This document shows positions 16,979 through 25,337 of a stretch of 31,088 bases of DNA, one piece after another. The stretch covers positions 1 to 31,088 of the IMG/VR virus record IMGVR_UViG_3300042453_000649. The stretch is one strand, 5' to 3'. The position numbers were made by a program, and so were the translations under genes. Positions within the stretch are counted from its first letter, which is position 1. Each line of letters begins with the position of its first letter. The DNA is from a virus (Duplodnaviria > Caudoviricetes). The notes beneath the pieces were generated by a model. The model was not told where the DNA came from, ran no database searches, and was given only the letters and a program-made list of their open reading frames with translations.

Positions 16979-18538
16979 CTAAGAACTAATTTCTTCCCTA
17001 TACAGACTCAACAAGAGGTCATGTCCTTCGACACGCTTCTCAAGTTGTGCAAACATTCGTTTTTCTATTTCACTACCTTGTAAGTGTATCACCGTTACGT
17101 TTGTGCTGGTTTGCCCAATACGATCTGCTCGTGCAATACACTGCAAGTACGTCTCTACAGACATAACTGGTCCGTAGAATATTACAGTATCAGCCGCAGT
17201 TAATGTTACACCATGTGATGCCGCTTGCGGTTGAATTACTAAAACGCGTGGCTTATCAGTAGTTTGGAAGCGCTTGAAAATATCTGTGCGCTTGTTGACC
17301 CCAACGTCGCCATGCACCACTTCACAATCTACGTTGTGTCTTTGCAAGAAAGTAGAAATCGTTTCAATGCTGTGCCTAAACGGTGCAAAGATAATAACCT
17401 TACGGCTAGTCTCTTCAAGAACTTCAAGTAGCACGTTCAGCCTAGGCGCGCAGTCAAACTCAACTACCTCTTTCTCATCTGTGTAAGCCGCTCCCGCAGA
17501 GATTTGAAGTAGCTTTGATACACCCGCCGCGGCGTTTACTGCTGTGATTGTTTCGCCTGCGGCTTGTAGCACCATCTTGTCTTTGAGCAAGCGGTAATAC
17601 TTAACTTGTTGTGCAGTCAAAGGTATTTCGCGGGTCTCGGTAAGCACAGGCGGTAGGTCGGTACATTCCTCTTTGGTGTATCGAATTGCGGGTTGCAACG
17701 CGTTGTACACTTCTTGTTGCGCATTGGGTTTGGGTAGCCACTTGAACTTGCTGACTTTAGCCATGACTTTATCTTGCCATGCAGTAGCAAACTTGGGTAC
17801 GCCGTTAGGATTCACTAACTTAGCCAAGCCGTAAGCATCGACAGGCGACTGTGATGCAGGAGTGCCAGTCATCATCCAAAGCATGGTGTCAGGCTTTAAT
17901 ATCTTGTTGAGCGACTTCCAACGTTTGGTGCTTACGTTCTTGTATGCGTTTGCTTCGTCCACGATAACTAAATCAAAGCGACCATCGTTAATAATCTCTT
18001 CTGCAATTAGGTTCAATCCATCGTAGTTAACCACCACAAACTCGTAGTCACCTTGCACCATTTCTATACGACGTGTTGCTTGGACGTGATGAGCCGCGAT
18101 AACTGAGCGATGAATGACGCTCTTGCCTATACTGCTAATCCATGCGTCGTGCATGATAGACAGGGGGCATAGAATCAAACACCTACGCACCTGCCCAAGA
18201 TTCATCAGATAGTCAGCCGCCCATAATGCTGAGAACGTTTTGCCAGTTCCGGGGTCGTTAAACACAAACGCTCTGCGATTCATTGTCAAGAACGATGATG
18301 TATCGACTTGGTGAACAAATGGTTTGAAGCGTCCGGGCCAGTTGTACTTGGCGGTGATGGGCGATGGGGGGTTCTTCACACCTAGGTTGCGAAGCACGCG
18401 CACTTCATCTAACCCCCAGTGCACCGCTACTTCGTATGTGCCGTTGCTCTCGCTAACAATCTTGTGGCGGGGGATGATGCTGTATTTCTCAGGATTGCGT
18501 GTCTTAAATAACAACGCTTTGTTTTCTATGATCTGCAT
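16979..18538 (-). CDS. SNF2-family (SF2) helicase
   Basis: Motif I DPGTGKT, Ia ILCPLS, II IVDEAN, III TGTP, VI QCIARADRIGQ. Confidence 0.9.
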   Translation of the reverse strand: MQIIENKALLFKTRNPEKYSIIPRHKIVSESNGTYEVAVHWGLDEVRVLRNLGVKNPPSPITAKYNWPGRFKPFVHQVDTSSFLTMNRRAFVFNDPGTGKTFSALWAADYLMNLGQVRRCLILCPLSIMHDAWISSIGKSVIHRSVIAAHHVQATRRIEMVQGDYEFVVVNYDGLNLIAEEIINDGRFDLVIVDEANAYKNVSTKRWKSLNKILKPDTMLWMMTGTPASQSPVDAYGLAKLVNPNGVPKFATAWQDKVMAKVSKFKWLPKPNAQQEVYNALQPAIRYTKEECTDLPPVLTETREIPLTAQQVKYYRLLKDKMVLQAAGETITAVNAAAGVSKLLQISAGAAYTDEKEVVEFDCAPRLNVLLEVLEETSRKVIIFAPFRHSIETISTFLQRHNVDCEVVHGDVGVNKRTDIFKRFQTTDKPRVLVIQPQAASHGVTLTAADTVIFYGPVMSVETYLQCIARADRIGQTSTNVTVIHLQGSEIEKRMFAQLEKRVEGHDLLLSLYREEISS

Positions 18539-18539
18539 G

Positions 18540-18923
18540 TTAAGTGATGATTCTGTAAACCGCGTGATACTGGTTTACTAAGTTATGTTTTTCTAATTTG
18601 TTAGCGCCAAGCAAGCGAATTAATGCAAGCCTCCAAAAGTCATCGTCCATAAACTCAGTTTCGTTGACCCACTGGTTATCCCAACGCATTGTCCACATAT
18701 CAGCCAACGAACTTAACGGCGCTTGCATAGCGTCATGCTTTAGGTCTTGTTCTCGCAACGGTTTAATACCTATGGTTGCTTGTTGTGCTGGGTAATGCAG
18801 TGCTCCTGTGGTTGTGTGTGCCCCCATCATTCGTTGTTTCTCTTGTTCCCTTATTATTGCTTGTGCTTGTTGTTGGTAGTGTTCATTAAGAGCCTTTGCA
18901 TAGTCTTCGTCTGATATGCCCAT
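18540..18923 (-). CDS. Hypothetical protein (127 aa)
   Basis: TAATG overlap with the upstream gene and ends 1 nt before the helicase start. Confidence 0.7.
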   Translation of the reverse strand: MGISDEDYAKALNEHYQQQAQAIIREQEKQRMMGAHTTTGALHYPAQQATIGIKPLREQDLKHDAMQAPLSSLADMWTMRWDNQWVNETEFMDDDFWRLALIRLLGANKLEKHNLVNQYHAVYRIIT

Positions 18924-19180
18924 TATTTGATTGCCCCCTTTGACGTGCGCTTGTATGAGCGGTTTGCTGATGCGGGTACGGCTTTTAAATTAGAGCGAAC
19001 TGTTGTGCCACCCTTGCTTAGCGGTTTCTTATGGTCAACGTCTTTGCCGTCGCCTTTGTGTACCACACCTTCACGCTCAAGCATACGTCTTGCTTTGTTG
19101 CGTTGCGCGCGCTTCTTCTTTACCTTTTCGGTGCCGTCGTAGTTTGCGTATTCTTGTGCGTAGTTGCGTTTTGTTGCCAT
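18923..19180 (-). CDS. Small HNH endonuclease-like protein
   Basis: DVDHKKPLSKGG...SNLKAVPASANRS is a beta-beta-alpha-Me (H-N-N) motif. Basic N-terminus and SD AGGAG. Confidence 0.8.
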   Translation of the reverse strand: MATKRNYAQEYANYDGTEKVKKKRAQRNKARRMLEREGVVHKGDGKDVDHKKPLSKGGTTVRSNLKAVPASANRSYKRTSKGAIK

Positions 19181-19189
19181 TTTGTTCTC

Positions 19190-19852
19190 CTAGTGCTTGG
19201 GGTTAAATTCACATGTCTTGACAGGACACCAACCGCATAAAGGCGTTTGCGTAGGGTTCCAAACATTATTGTCGTACGAAGCAGCAAGCTTGGCTACCCT
19301 CTCCCGATAGCGCCACCAATGCTCGTCTTTCTCTTCTACGGTCATCACTTGTGTGACCATCGAGTTCTTTACAACGAATAGCAGAGCCGAGTTCACTTGA
19401 CGGATGTGGGGGAAGTGGGCAAACACCATCAAAGACATCAGGGTTAACTGGTCGCGGTCAGGGTATTTGTCGTTGCCTGTCTTGTAGTCCACCACTCTAG
19501 CTTTGAGCCCATCGTCGTCAATGATTAGCAAGTCAGCTATGCCACGCACCCACACACCTGCATCGTTAAAACTGCAAGGCGACAAATCCTCCTTAAGCCC
19601 CATCTCGTGCTCGGTCAGTTTGCGCCCTGTCTTCTTAAGCAGTGCGTCTAGGGTGGGTTGCATATAGTCAAACTCAGGGGGTAATGGTACGCTATCACGT
19701 ACGTATAGTTCAGCCGCTTCATGCACTTGCTTGCCGTAGATAGTGTGCGTAGTGTCTGTGAACGGGTAGTTCTTAAGAACCTTAACTTCGTGGTAACGTC
19801 TTGCACAACCCTCGAAGTCTTTAAGCCCTGAGTGCGACCATTTAATTTTCAT
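19190..19852 (-). CDS. PD-(D/E)xK Cas4/RecB-like exonuclease
   Basis: Motifs WSHS..C.RRY, G..VH, RGIADL, VVDYKTG and QL. The C-terminal CGWCPVKTC completes a 4-Cys Fe-S staple. Confidence 0.85.
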   Translation of the reverse strand: MKIKWSHSGLKDFEGCARRYHEVKVLKNYPFTDTTHTIYGKQVHEAAELYVRDSVPLPPEFDYMQPTLDALLKKTGRKLTEHEMGLKEDLSPCSFNDAGVWVRGIADLLIIDDDGLKARVVDYKTGNDKYPDRDQLTLMSLMVFAHFPHIRQVNSALLFVVKNSMVTQVMTVEEKDEHWWRYRERVAKLAASYDNNVWNPTQTPLCGWCPVKTCEFNPKH

Positions 19853-20157
19853 CAGAACCTCGCAGTCTTGACGATTTGGTCTAAACGCTGAGAGAAGGCG
19901 GTTACAAACTTCTCGTCGTAGCTTAGTTTGTTCTTCATGTCGTGCAGTATGGCGTGAGTAATCTCATGCCAAAACGTTTCTCTGCGCTCTTCTCTACTGA
20001 AGAAGTTGCCTTGTATATCTTTTCTTGCTACATCAATGCTGTTGTCTGAGCGACAAAAACAACCTCTGCATGGTTTACCGCGTACCATAAGCGACGTTGG
20101 TTGATTGATCTTGATTTTGGTCTTACCGACCGTTACTTCTTTGGGTATTGGCATCAT
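19852..20157 (-). CDS. Small HExxH zincin-like protein (101 aa)
   Basis: ETFWHEITHAIL followed by a downstream Glu (DEKFV). Coupled by overlaps to both neighbours. Confidence 0.7.
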   Translation of the reverse strand: MMPIPKEVTVGKTKIKINQPTSLMVRGKPCRGCFCRSDNSIDVARKDIQGNFFSREERRETFWHEITHAILHDMKNKLSYDEKFVTAFSQRLDQIVKTARF

Positions 20158-22130
20158 TTTGCTTCTCCATATCGTTTGTTACAGCCTGTTTCCGCATCAA
20201 GCGGGATTCCTTTCATATATGGTGGGTCTGCCACCATCTGCTCTAAAACCCAAGCCTCTGCTTCTTTGGCTTCGTCCTCGGGAACTAACACTACAACCTC
20301 ATCGTGAACGGTTAATACGCAGGAATACCTCTTTTGTATCCTGAGCATGCCGTCTGTCATGACGCAACGTGCAACTGCTTGCACCACGTTTTCTACTACC
20401 TTACCGCCGTATAGCTTCTTTTTATCGACGCCATAATGCCACTGAACACGACCTTTTTCATCAGCCGAACCAGTTAAGTCAGGGTATCGTAAAGACAACC
20501 CACTTGGTAATCTTATGCTTTCTTTAGAAAATGTCAAGCACTTGTGCGTGTATTCTTTTCCGTCAGCTAAGCTGTGCTTAATTAGCCCACCACACAAATC
20601 CCAAAAGCTAACAACTTCTCTTGCTCTGCTTCGGTAGATGTCGATAATCTTTTTAGCAGACACGCAGTGCACCAACAACTCATCATCTGTGCAAGTGCGT
20701 GGTATACCCGCCATCATCTCAAGGTTTTTCTCCCAACCAAGGAAGTCAGCGATGTCTTGTGAAGTTACCCCCAACTGCTTGGCAAACGCTTTGTCGTAGC
20801 GTGTGGGTGGTGCGCCTAGAAAGCCTGTAAGTAACTGTGCAGAGAATGAAGCCCAACCCATGCCATACCCACATCCGAGTAGAGCGGACTTGGCTGACTG
20901 TCTGAGGTCTGCGTGGTCTTTCTTGTTAAGTCCAGGGATACCGAACATCTGCGCACCAAACGCCGCATATGCGTCTTGTCCCGATGCAAAGATTTCCAGT
21001 AGGGGTTGGTAGTCCGCGAGGTACGCAAGAACCCTTGGTTCAATTTGCGAAAGGTCGCATACAACGAGGGTGTAACCCTCCGGCGCACAGATACTTTTGC
21101 GTAAGAAAGACCCCCGCTTGAGGTTCTGTAGATTAAGCCCCGAACCCTTGGACGCAGACCAACGACCGGTGTGAGCGCCGTAGTAATGGAGCGGAACAGG
21201 GAGCGTACCTCGTCCCGCAATGTCCACAAAGCGTTGCGCTCTTGTGCGCTCAAGCGTGCTTTTAACTTTAAGACGCGCCTCACAGATGAGCGATACATCT
21301 TCATTATCGGAGTTGAGTAACGCTTGGAATAGAGCGTCGTTCTTGGCAAACGCATACGCTTCTTTACCTGTCGTCTTGCTAACTTTCTTCGGTGGCGTAA
21401 CTCCAAGCCCAAGCAATACATCTGCAAACTGGTCGTTGCTTGCAAGCGCTTTCTCTTCCACCCCAATTTTTTCAAGCAAAGCTTCACGCTTTTCTTTCTC
21501 TTCCTCGATAGCCTCACTTAGCATCTCCTTATCAAGTTCAAGCACAGGGTTAATAAACATTTTGAGCGTCATGTCAATGAGCTTTAACTCTTTAACTGGG
21601 TAGCCGCCCTCTACTTCCATGGCTAACTTCTCCAATATCTGTTGGCAAAGCGTTACGTCGTGCTTGCAATACTCTGCAAGTTCTTGCTCTACTTCATACG
21701 ACAAATCCGCCAAGCCGTTGCTACTGTTGATTGCCTCGCCCTTGGGCGGTAGCTTATACCGCTCAGCAAGCTTAGCCAAACTGTTGCCGCCTTCTACACC
21801 AAACAGCGCACGAGCCATAGACAGCGTGTCAAAGACAAAGCATGGCTTAGCGCCATACACCCAAGAGAGAATAGCTACGTCGAACTGTGCGTTGTGTGCC
21901 ACCACTGCCGTAGTATCCCAATCAATCGACTCGACCCATGCAGGAATGTCATCGTGCGACACCCATACAGGAGGCTCTTCATCTGCCAAATCTTTATACG
22001 CTAGACCAAACGCTTTGAACTGCGAGTGGCGTACGTACTGCTCGGTGGTCAGCTTTGATAGCGTGTAGGACTTACTATCCCAACGTGTTTCAAAATCAAT
22101 CACGAGCATGCGTTCAAATGGTGCGCTCAT
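20154..22130 (-). CDS. polA: DNA polymerase family A with 3'-5' exonuclease and no 5' nuclease domain
   Basis: ExoI IDFET, ExoII HNAQFD, ExoIII YCKHD. TGRWS segment, motif A DLSQIEPR, motif B RQSAKSALLGCGYG, motif C VHDE. Confidence 0.95.
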   Translation of the reverse strand: MSAPFERMLVIDFETRWDSKSYTLSKLTTEQYVRHSQFKAFGLAYKDLADEEPPVWVSHDDIPAWVESIDWDTTAVVAHNAQFDVAILSWVYGAKPCFVFDTLSMARALFGVEGGNSLAKLAERYKLPPKGEAINSSNGLADLSYEVEQELAEYCKHDVTLCQQILEKLAMEVEGGYPVKELKLIDMTLKMFINPVLELDKEMLSEAIEEEKEKREALLEKIGVEEKALASNDQFADVLLGLGVTPPKKVSKTTGKEAYAFAKNDALFQALLNSDNEDVSLICEARLKVKSTLERTRAQRFVDIAGRGTLPVPLHYYGAHTGRWSASKGSGLNLQNLKRGSFLRKSICAPEGYTLVVCDLSQIEPRVLAYLADYQPLLEIFASGQDAYAAFGAQMFGIPGLNKKDHADLRQSAKSALLGCGYGMGWASFSAQLLTGFLGAPPTRYDKAFAKQLGVTSQDIADFLGWEKNLEMMAGIPRTCTDDELLVHCVSAKKIIDIYRSRAREVVSFWDLCGGLIKHSLADGKEYTHKCLTFSKESIRLPSGLSLRYPDLTGSADEKGRVQWHYGVDKKKLYGGKVVENVVQAVARCVMTDGMLRIQKRYSCVLTVHDEVVVLVPEDEAKEAEAWVLEQMVADPPYMKGIPLDAETGCNKRYGEAK

Positions 22131-22843
22131 TTTTTCCTTACGGCTAAATTATTCTGACCCATTGCTTTGATCTCGTATCCCATACCTTGCAGATATTCAA
22201 ACAAATCTTTGCGCTTCTCTTGATACCAAGGCTTCCATGTCCATGCCTCAAAGATAATCGGTGGGTAGTTGTTTTGTTTGAGAGTTTTTACCGCACCTTT
22301 GATAACCTCAAGTTCGTGACCCTCAACGTCAATTTTTATCAAGCGCACGTTCTTGTGTTGCCCGTCGTCTAGCGGGAATACAACCATGGGTTCAACTTTG
22401 CCCACAGTCGCACACTCGTAGTCGTTGGCACGTGTATCTTCGTCAATGCTAAACGCCCCGATGTTGGTTTCCTTTGCATAGTCAGGCATCTCAATCTCAA
22501 AGCGATCACGCTTGTTAGATAGCCCAAAGTTATGGCAGTGCACATTGTCCAAGCCATTTATGAACGCGTTGCCACAAAGTTGGTAGTACACAATACGTTG
22601 CGGTTCAAACGCGTGATATGTGTGCTTTGATATTTTCCTAGCAAGCGGTAGGCAAAACGATCCAAGGTTAGCGCCGATGTCTAGCACTGTACCCACCTCG
22701 TCATTAACCAAAAGCTTGAGGCATATCTGATGTATGTCGTTCTCGTACAGGTCTTTTCTCAAATAGTTTGAGATCAGGTCTTGCCCTTTAAAGATGAGAA
22801 ACTGTGTGCCGTCGACTTTAAGTAGTTCGCAGTTAGGTAGCAT
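22127..22843 (-). CDS. FkbM-family SAM-dependent methyltransferase
   Basis: Motifs VLDIGANLG, AFEP and IKIDVEGHELEVIKGA. ATGA overlap with polA. Confidence 0.92.
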   Translation of the reverse strand: MLPNCELLKVDGTQFLIFKGQDLISNYLRKDLYENDIHQICLKLLVNDEVGTVLDIGANLGSFCLPLARKISKHTYHAFEPQRIVYYQLCGNAFINGLDNVHCHNFGLSNKRDRFEIEMPDYAKETNIGAFSIDEDTRANDYECATVGKVEPMVVFPLDDGQHKNVRLIKIDVEGHELEVIKGAVKTLKQNNYPPIIFEAWTWKPWYQEKRKDLFEYLQGMGYEIKAMGQNNLAVRKK

Positions 22844-23015
22844 CTTTTAGCTTTCTGTGTGTTTCTTTAGCCGCATCCATAAGCCCTTTTGCAACCTCTG
22901 GATAATCCGCACGTAAACGAATAATTATTTCTCCCAACACATCTTCAAAATTTTCGTTTTTAAATGCAGGGCTAAGTACGTTGTCTACTAATTCTTTTCT
23001 TGTTACTTTTTTCAT
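22833..23015 (-). CDS. Hypothetical protein (60 aa)
   Basis: Fills the gap between the glycosyltransferase and FkbM genes and overlaps the FkbM start. Confidence 0.65.
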   Translation of the reverse strand: MKKVTRKELVDNVLSPAFKNENFEDVLGEIIIRLRADYPEVAKGLMDAAKETHRKLKDAT

Positions 23016-23016
23016 C

Positions 23017-23793
23017 TCACCCCCTTGGCAGTGTGCCGCTGAAGTTGTACGTACCGCTATGGGTTAGTTGAGCCCAAGGCGCCGCATATACCTTAAAGCC
23101 ATTCTGTCTAGCCAGTTTGCAGAAGTGATAATCCTCAGAAAGCAAACGGTTGGATGTCTCGTCGATACTAGTTGCAAAATATTCATGGATGATTTTCTTC
23201 TGTGGGTTTTTGTCAATAATAAGAATCATGTCGTTGGTATAGGTTGGCACCTTGTCTTTGAGTGCCTCAAATACCCCCCGTTTAATCAACATAAATCCTG
23301 TGCCGCCGTTGTCGATCTCCATCGGCTCATTGATGTTGCCTGTGGTCTCCATTGCACCGCCCACTAGGTTAACTACAAACGACCCTGTGTAGTTTGGCAA
23401 GTCTTTGTAGTCCACACCCCGCTTGACCGCATCCGATACTAACTGCCAGTTGATTTCTTTCTTGGGATACAGACCACAGATGATGTCTTTGTCGGCGTTA
23501 ATCATGCGCACGATGTCGGCGGGGTTAAAGCTTATGTCCGCATCAATAAACATTAGGTGGGTTGCGTCGGGTGTTGATAGGAAGTCGTAAGCTAATCCGT
23601 TACGCGCGCGGGTAATCAACGACTCATTCATCATATACGAGTAGTACATCTTGACGTTGTTCTGCATAAACACTTGAGTGCAGTTCAAGATACCCATGGT
23701 GTATCCACCTACACACATACCACCATACATTGGTGTAGCTACAAATAATATGGCGGGTTTCTTTGGTTCTGTTGCTTCTACATTTTCTAACAT
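23017..23793 (-). CDS. GT-A fold glycosyltransferase-like protein (GT2/Anp1-like)
   Basis: Motifs FVATPMY, ITRARN, HLMFIDAD (DxD), GTGFMLIKRGVFE, LSEDYHFC and a C-terminal H. Confidence 0.8.
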   Translation of the reverse strand: MLENVEATEPKKPAILFVATPMYGGMCVGGYTMGILNCTQVFMQNNVKMYYSYMMNESLITRARNGLAYDFLSTPDATHLMFIDADISFNPADIVRMINADKDIICGLYPKKEINWQLVSDAVKRGVDYKDLPNYTGSFVVNLVGGAMETTGNINEPMEIDNGGTGFMLIKRGVFEALKDKVPTYTNDMILIIDKNPQKKIIHEYFATSIDETSNRLLSEDYHFCKLARQNGFKVYAAPWAQLTHSGTYNFSGTLPRG

Positions 23794-23973
23794 TTACTGC
23801 TCCTTTTGAATTCGTTTCCAAATACTGCTAATTGATTTGTCTTTGATCTCGTTCCACCCAATATAAGTACAGGCAATCATAATGAACACGAAGAAACCAA
23901 ACACAAGCATAAAAATTACCATGGCAAACGTAGCCACGAAAAGTATTAGTAAGTTAACTATGGTCGTAATCAA
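23794..23973 (-). CDS. Small membrane protein (about 59 aa, TTG start)
   Basis: SD GGGAGG lies 7 nt before the TTG at 23973, with a TTGA overlap on the upstream stop. It has an uninterrupted hydrophobic stretch of more than 35 aa and a basic tail. Confidence 0.65.
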   Translation of the reverse strand: MITTIVNLLILFVATFAMVIFMLVFGFFVFIMIACTYIGWNEIKDKSISSIWKRIQKEQ

Positions 23974-24131
23974 AATGGTGCCTCCCCTAGTTGAGATAAA
24001 TCGGGCTTGGCTACAGGCATGCGCACACACTTGAATGTCCAGCCCTCACGTTGTTCAACTATTTGCCTAGCTTCTTCTTGCCTAGCAACTGTGCGCATTA
24101 GTTCTTTGTCCTCGTCGTATATTAAGTACAT
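23970..24131 (-). CDS. Hypothetical protein (about 53 aa, MYLIYDEDK...LGEAPF)
   Basis: The ATG at 24131 lies 2 nt after the upstream stop and tiles the operon. Confidence 0.65.
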   Translation of the reverse strand: MYLIYDEDKELMRTVARQEEARQIVEQREGWTFKCVRMPVAKPDLSQLGEAPF

Positions 24132-24133
24132 GG

Positions 24134-24352
24134 TTAGTGTGCCATTAAGATGATGGTGCAAATGAACAAGAGCACAGCAACGTATATACGCTTTGCCCAA
24201 TACTCTTTGTTTAACACGCGTGGGTCTTGAATCAAGTAGCTTTGTAGTTCTAGCATGTTGTCGTCATACTCTACGTATGGCGGGTTTATTATTTTATTTA
24301 AGTACCATGTTGAGCCGATACTTACCTTACCGTTGTTGTATGGTGTTTTCAT
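24134..24352 (-). CDS. Hypothetical protein with C-terminal transmembrane helix (72 aa)
   Basis: ATGA overlap and a C-terminal IYVAVLLFICTIILMAH segment. Confidence 0.7.
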   Translation of the reverse strand: MKTPYNNGKVSIGSTWYLNKIINPPYVEYDDNMLELQSYLIQDPRVLNKEYWAKRIYVAVLLFICTIILMAH

Positions 24353-24570
24353 TGCAGCGTTCTCCCTTCTGTATCAAAACCCTCAGCCACTTGTTGAGCG
24401 GCTTCTAGTAAAAGCGACGGCACTTCCATCTCGTCGATGTTCAACCCATAGACTTTGACTGTGCTAGTTTTTTCGTTGACTATTACAACAACCGCGCAGT
24501 GCTGCGCTTCTTTGACGGTGCATTGATGTAGCGCGTCTTGCACAATCTTGTATGCTTCTTCTTTATTCAT
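24349..24570 (-). CDS. Hypothetical protein (73 aa)
   Basis: ATGA overlaps on both sides. Confidence 0.7.
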   Translation of the reverse strand: MNKEEAYKIVQDALHQCTVKEAQHCAVVVIVNEKTSTVKVYGLNIDEMEVPSLLLEAAQQVAEGFDTEGRTLQ

Positions 24571-24854
24571 GATATATCCCTTAACATAATCTTTACGTCG
24601 TCAATGTTGTCCTCGTTGACAACGAGTGTTATTCCATTCGCTTCACGTATCTTGCGCATCTCGGCTTCTTGTAGTGCAGTAGGCTTGTTACTGCCTGCTT
24701 TACACTCAATACCAAAGAACACACCCCGATAACAACCAACAATATCAGGAACCCCACTACGCCCATAGCCACCAGTAGCAGGGAAAAAATAGTAAGCGCC
24801 GTTTTCTTTAAGAACATTGACTACCCTCTTCTTTACTTTAGCCTCGGGGGTCAT
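24567..24854 (-). CDS. VRR-NUC domain nuclease (putative Holliday junction resolvase)
   Basis: TPEAKVK...GVPDIVGC.RGVFFGIECKA...PTALQ PD-(D/E)xK pattern. Confidence 0.88.
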   Translation of the reverse strand: MTPEAKVKKRVVNVLKENGAYYFFPATGGYGRSGVPDIVGCYRGVFFGIECKAGSNKPTALQEAEMRKIREANGITLVVNEDNIDDVKIMLRDIS

Positions 24855-25051
24855 GCATCCTCCTTGCCGTAACGTCTGCGCACATCATCAATACGTTGTA
24901 GGCATAGCATGATCTGTTGGATTTGATTCTGCAACATCTGTTCATCGCCAACTGCGTTAGCTTTGAGAGCCAAGATAACCTCAGCTTCAAGGTTGCATAG
25001 CGCCGCGTTCTCACGCATCAGCTTCAATACTTCGGCTTCATCTATAGGCAT
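24851..25051 (-). CDS. Hypothetical helical protein (about 66 aa, MPIDEAEV...)
   Basis: SD GAGGAG lies 7 nt before the ATG at 25051. The longer track ORF overlaps the wHTH gene. Confidence 0.65.
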   Translation of the reverse strand: MPIDEAEVLKLMRENAALCNLEAEVILALKANAVGDEQMLQNQIQQIMLCLQRIDDVRRRYGKEDA

Positions 25052-25328
25052 GACGTAACTCCTCGAGAAAGCTAAGACCTCTGCCTGTCGTTTCAAACTC
25101 GTGCATGCGTTGGTCTTCGGACTTGACTTTGTGTATAAGTTTCTTGCGTTCAATCTGCTTGAGATACTTGTGCGTAGTCGCAGGCGACATGACATCTTGT
25201 TTCTCAGCAAGATTAAGAATACGCGTTGTGCTAATCGGCTCAAGCGCTCTGACCATACCCAATACATACTCCTCGGGCATAGTCACCTTGTGCTTGGCAC
25301 GAATAGCTTGCGTCTTAAATGCGTTCAC
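25038..25328 (-). CDS. Winged-helix (MarR-like) DNA-binding protein
   Basis: SD AAGGAGG and GTG start. Pattern MSPATTHKYLKQIERKKLIHK...DQR...TTGRG. Confidence 0.75.
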   Translation of the reverse strand: MNAFKTQAIRAKHKVTMPEEYVLGMVRALEPISTTRILNLAEKQDVMSPATTHKYLKQIERKKLIHKVKSEDQRMHEFETTGRGLSFLEELRHAYR

Positions 25329-25337
25329 ATTACCTCC

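Noticed and set aside
17948-17959. DEAN instead of DEAH in helicase motif II as a sign of inactivation
   Set aside because: The catalytic DE and the other motifs are intact, and this position varies in phage SNF2-like helicases.
18923-19180. HNH gene as an intron- or intein-borne mobile element
   Set aside because: It is free-standing with its own SD, and the flanking genes are uninterrupted.
19190-19852. Cas4-like gene as evidence of CRISPR-Cas
   Set aside because: There is no array and no other cas gene. Solo Cas4-like nucleases are common in phage replication modules.
20816-21517. 233-aa alternative-frame ORF inside polA
   Set aside because: It lies wholly within polA, has the Arg/Ser/Leu-rich composition typical of a shadow frame, and shows no recognisable motif.
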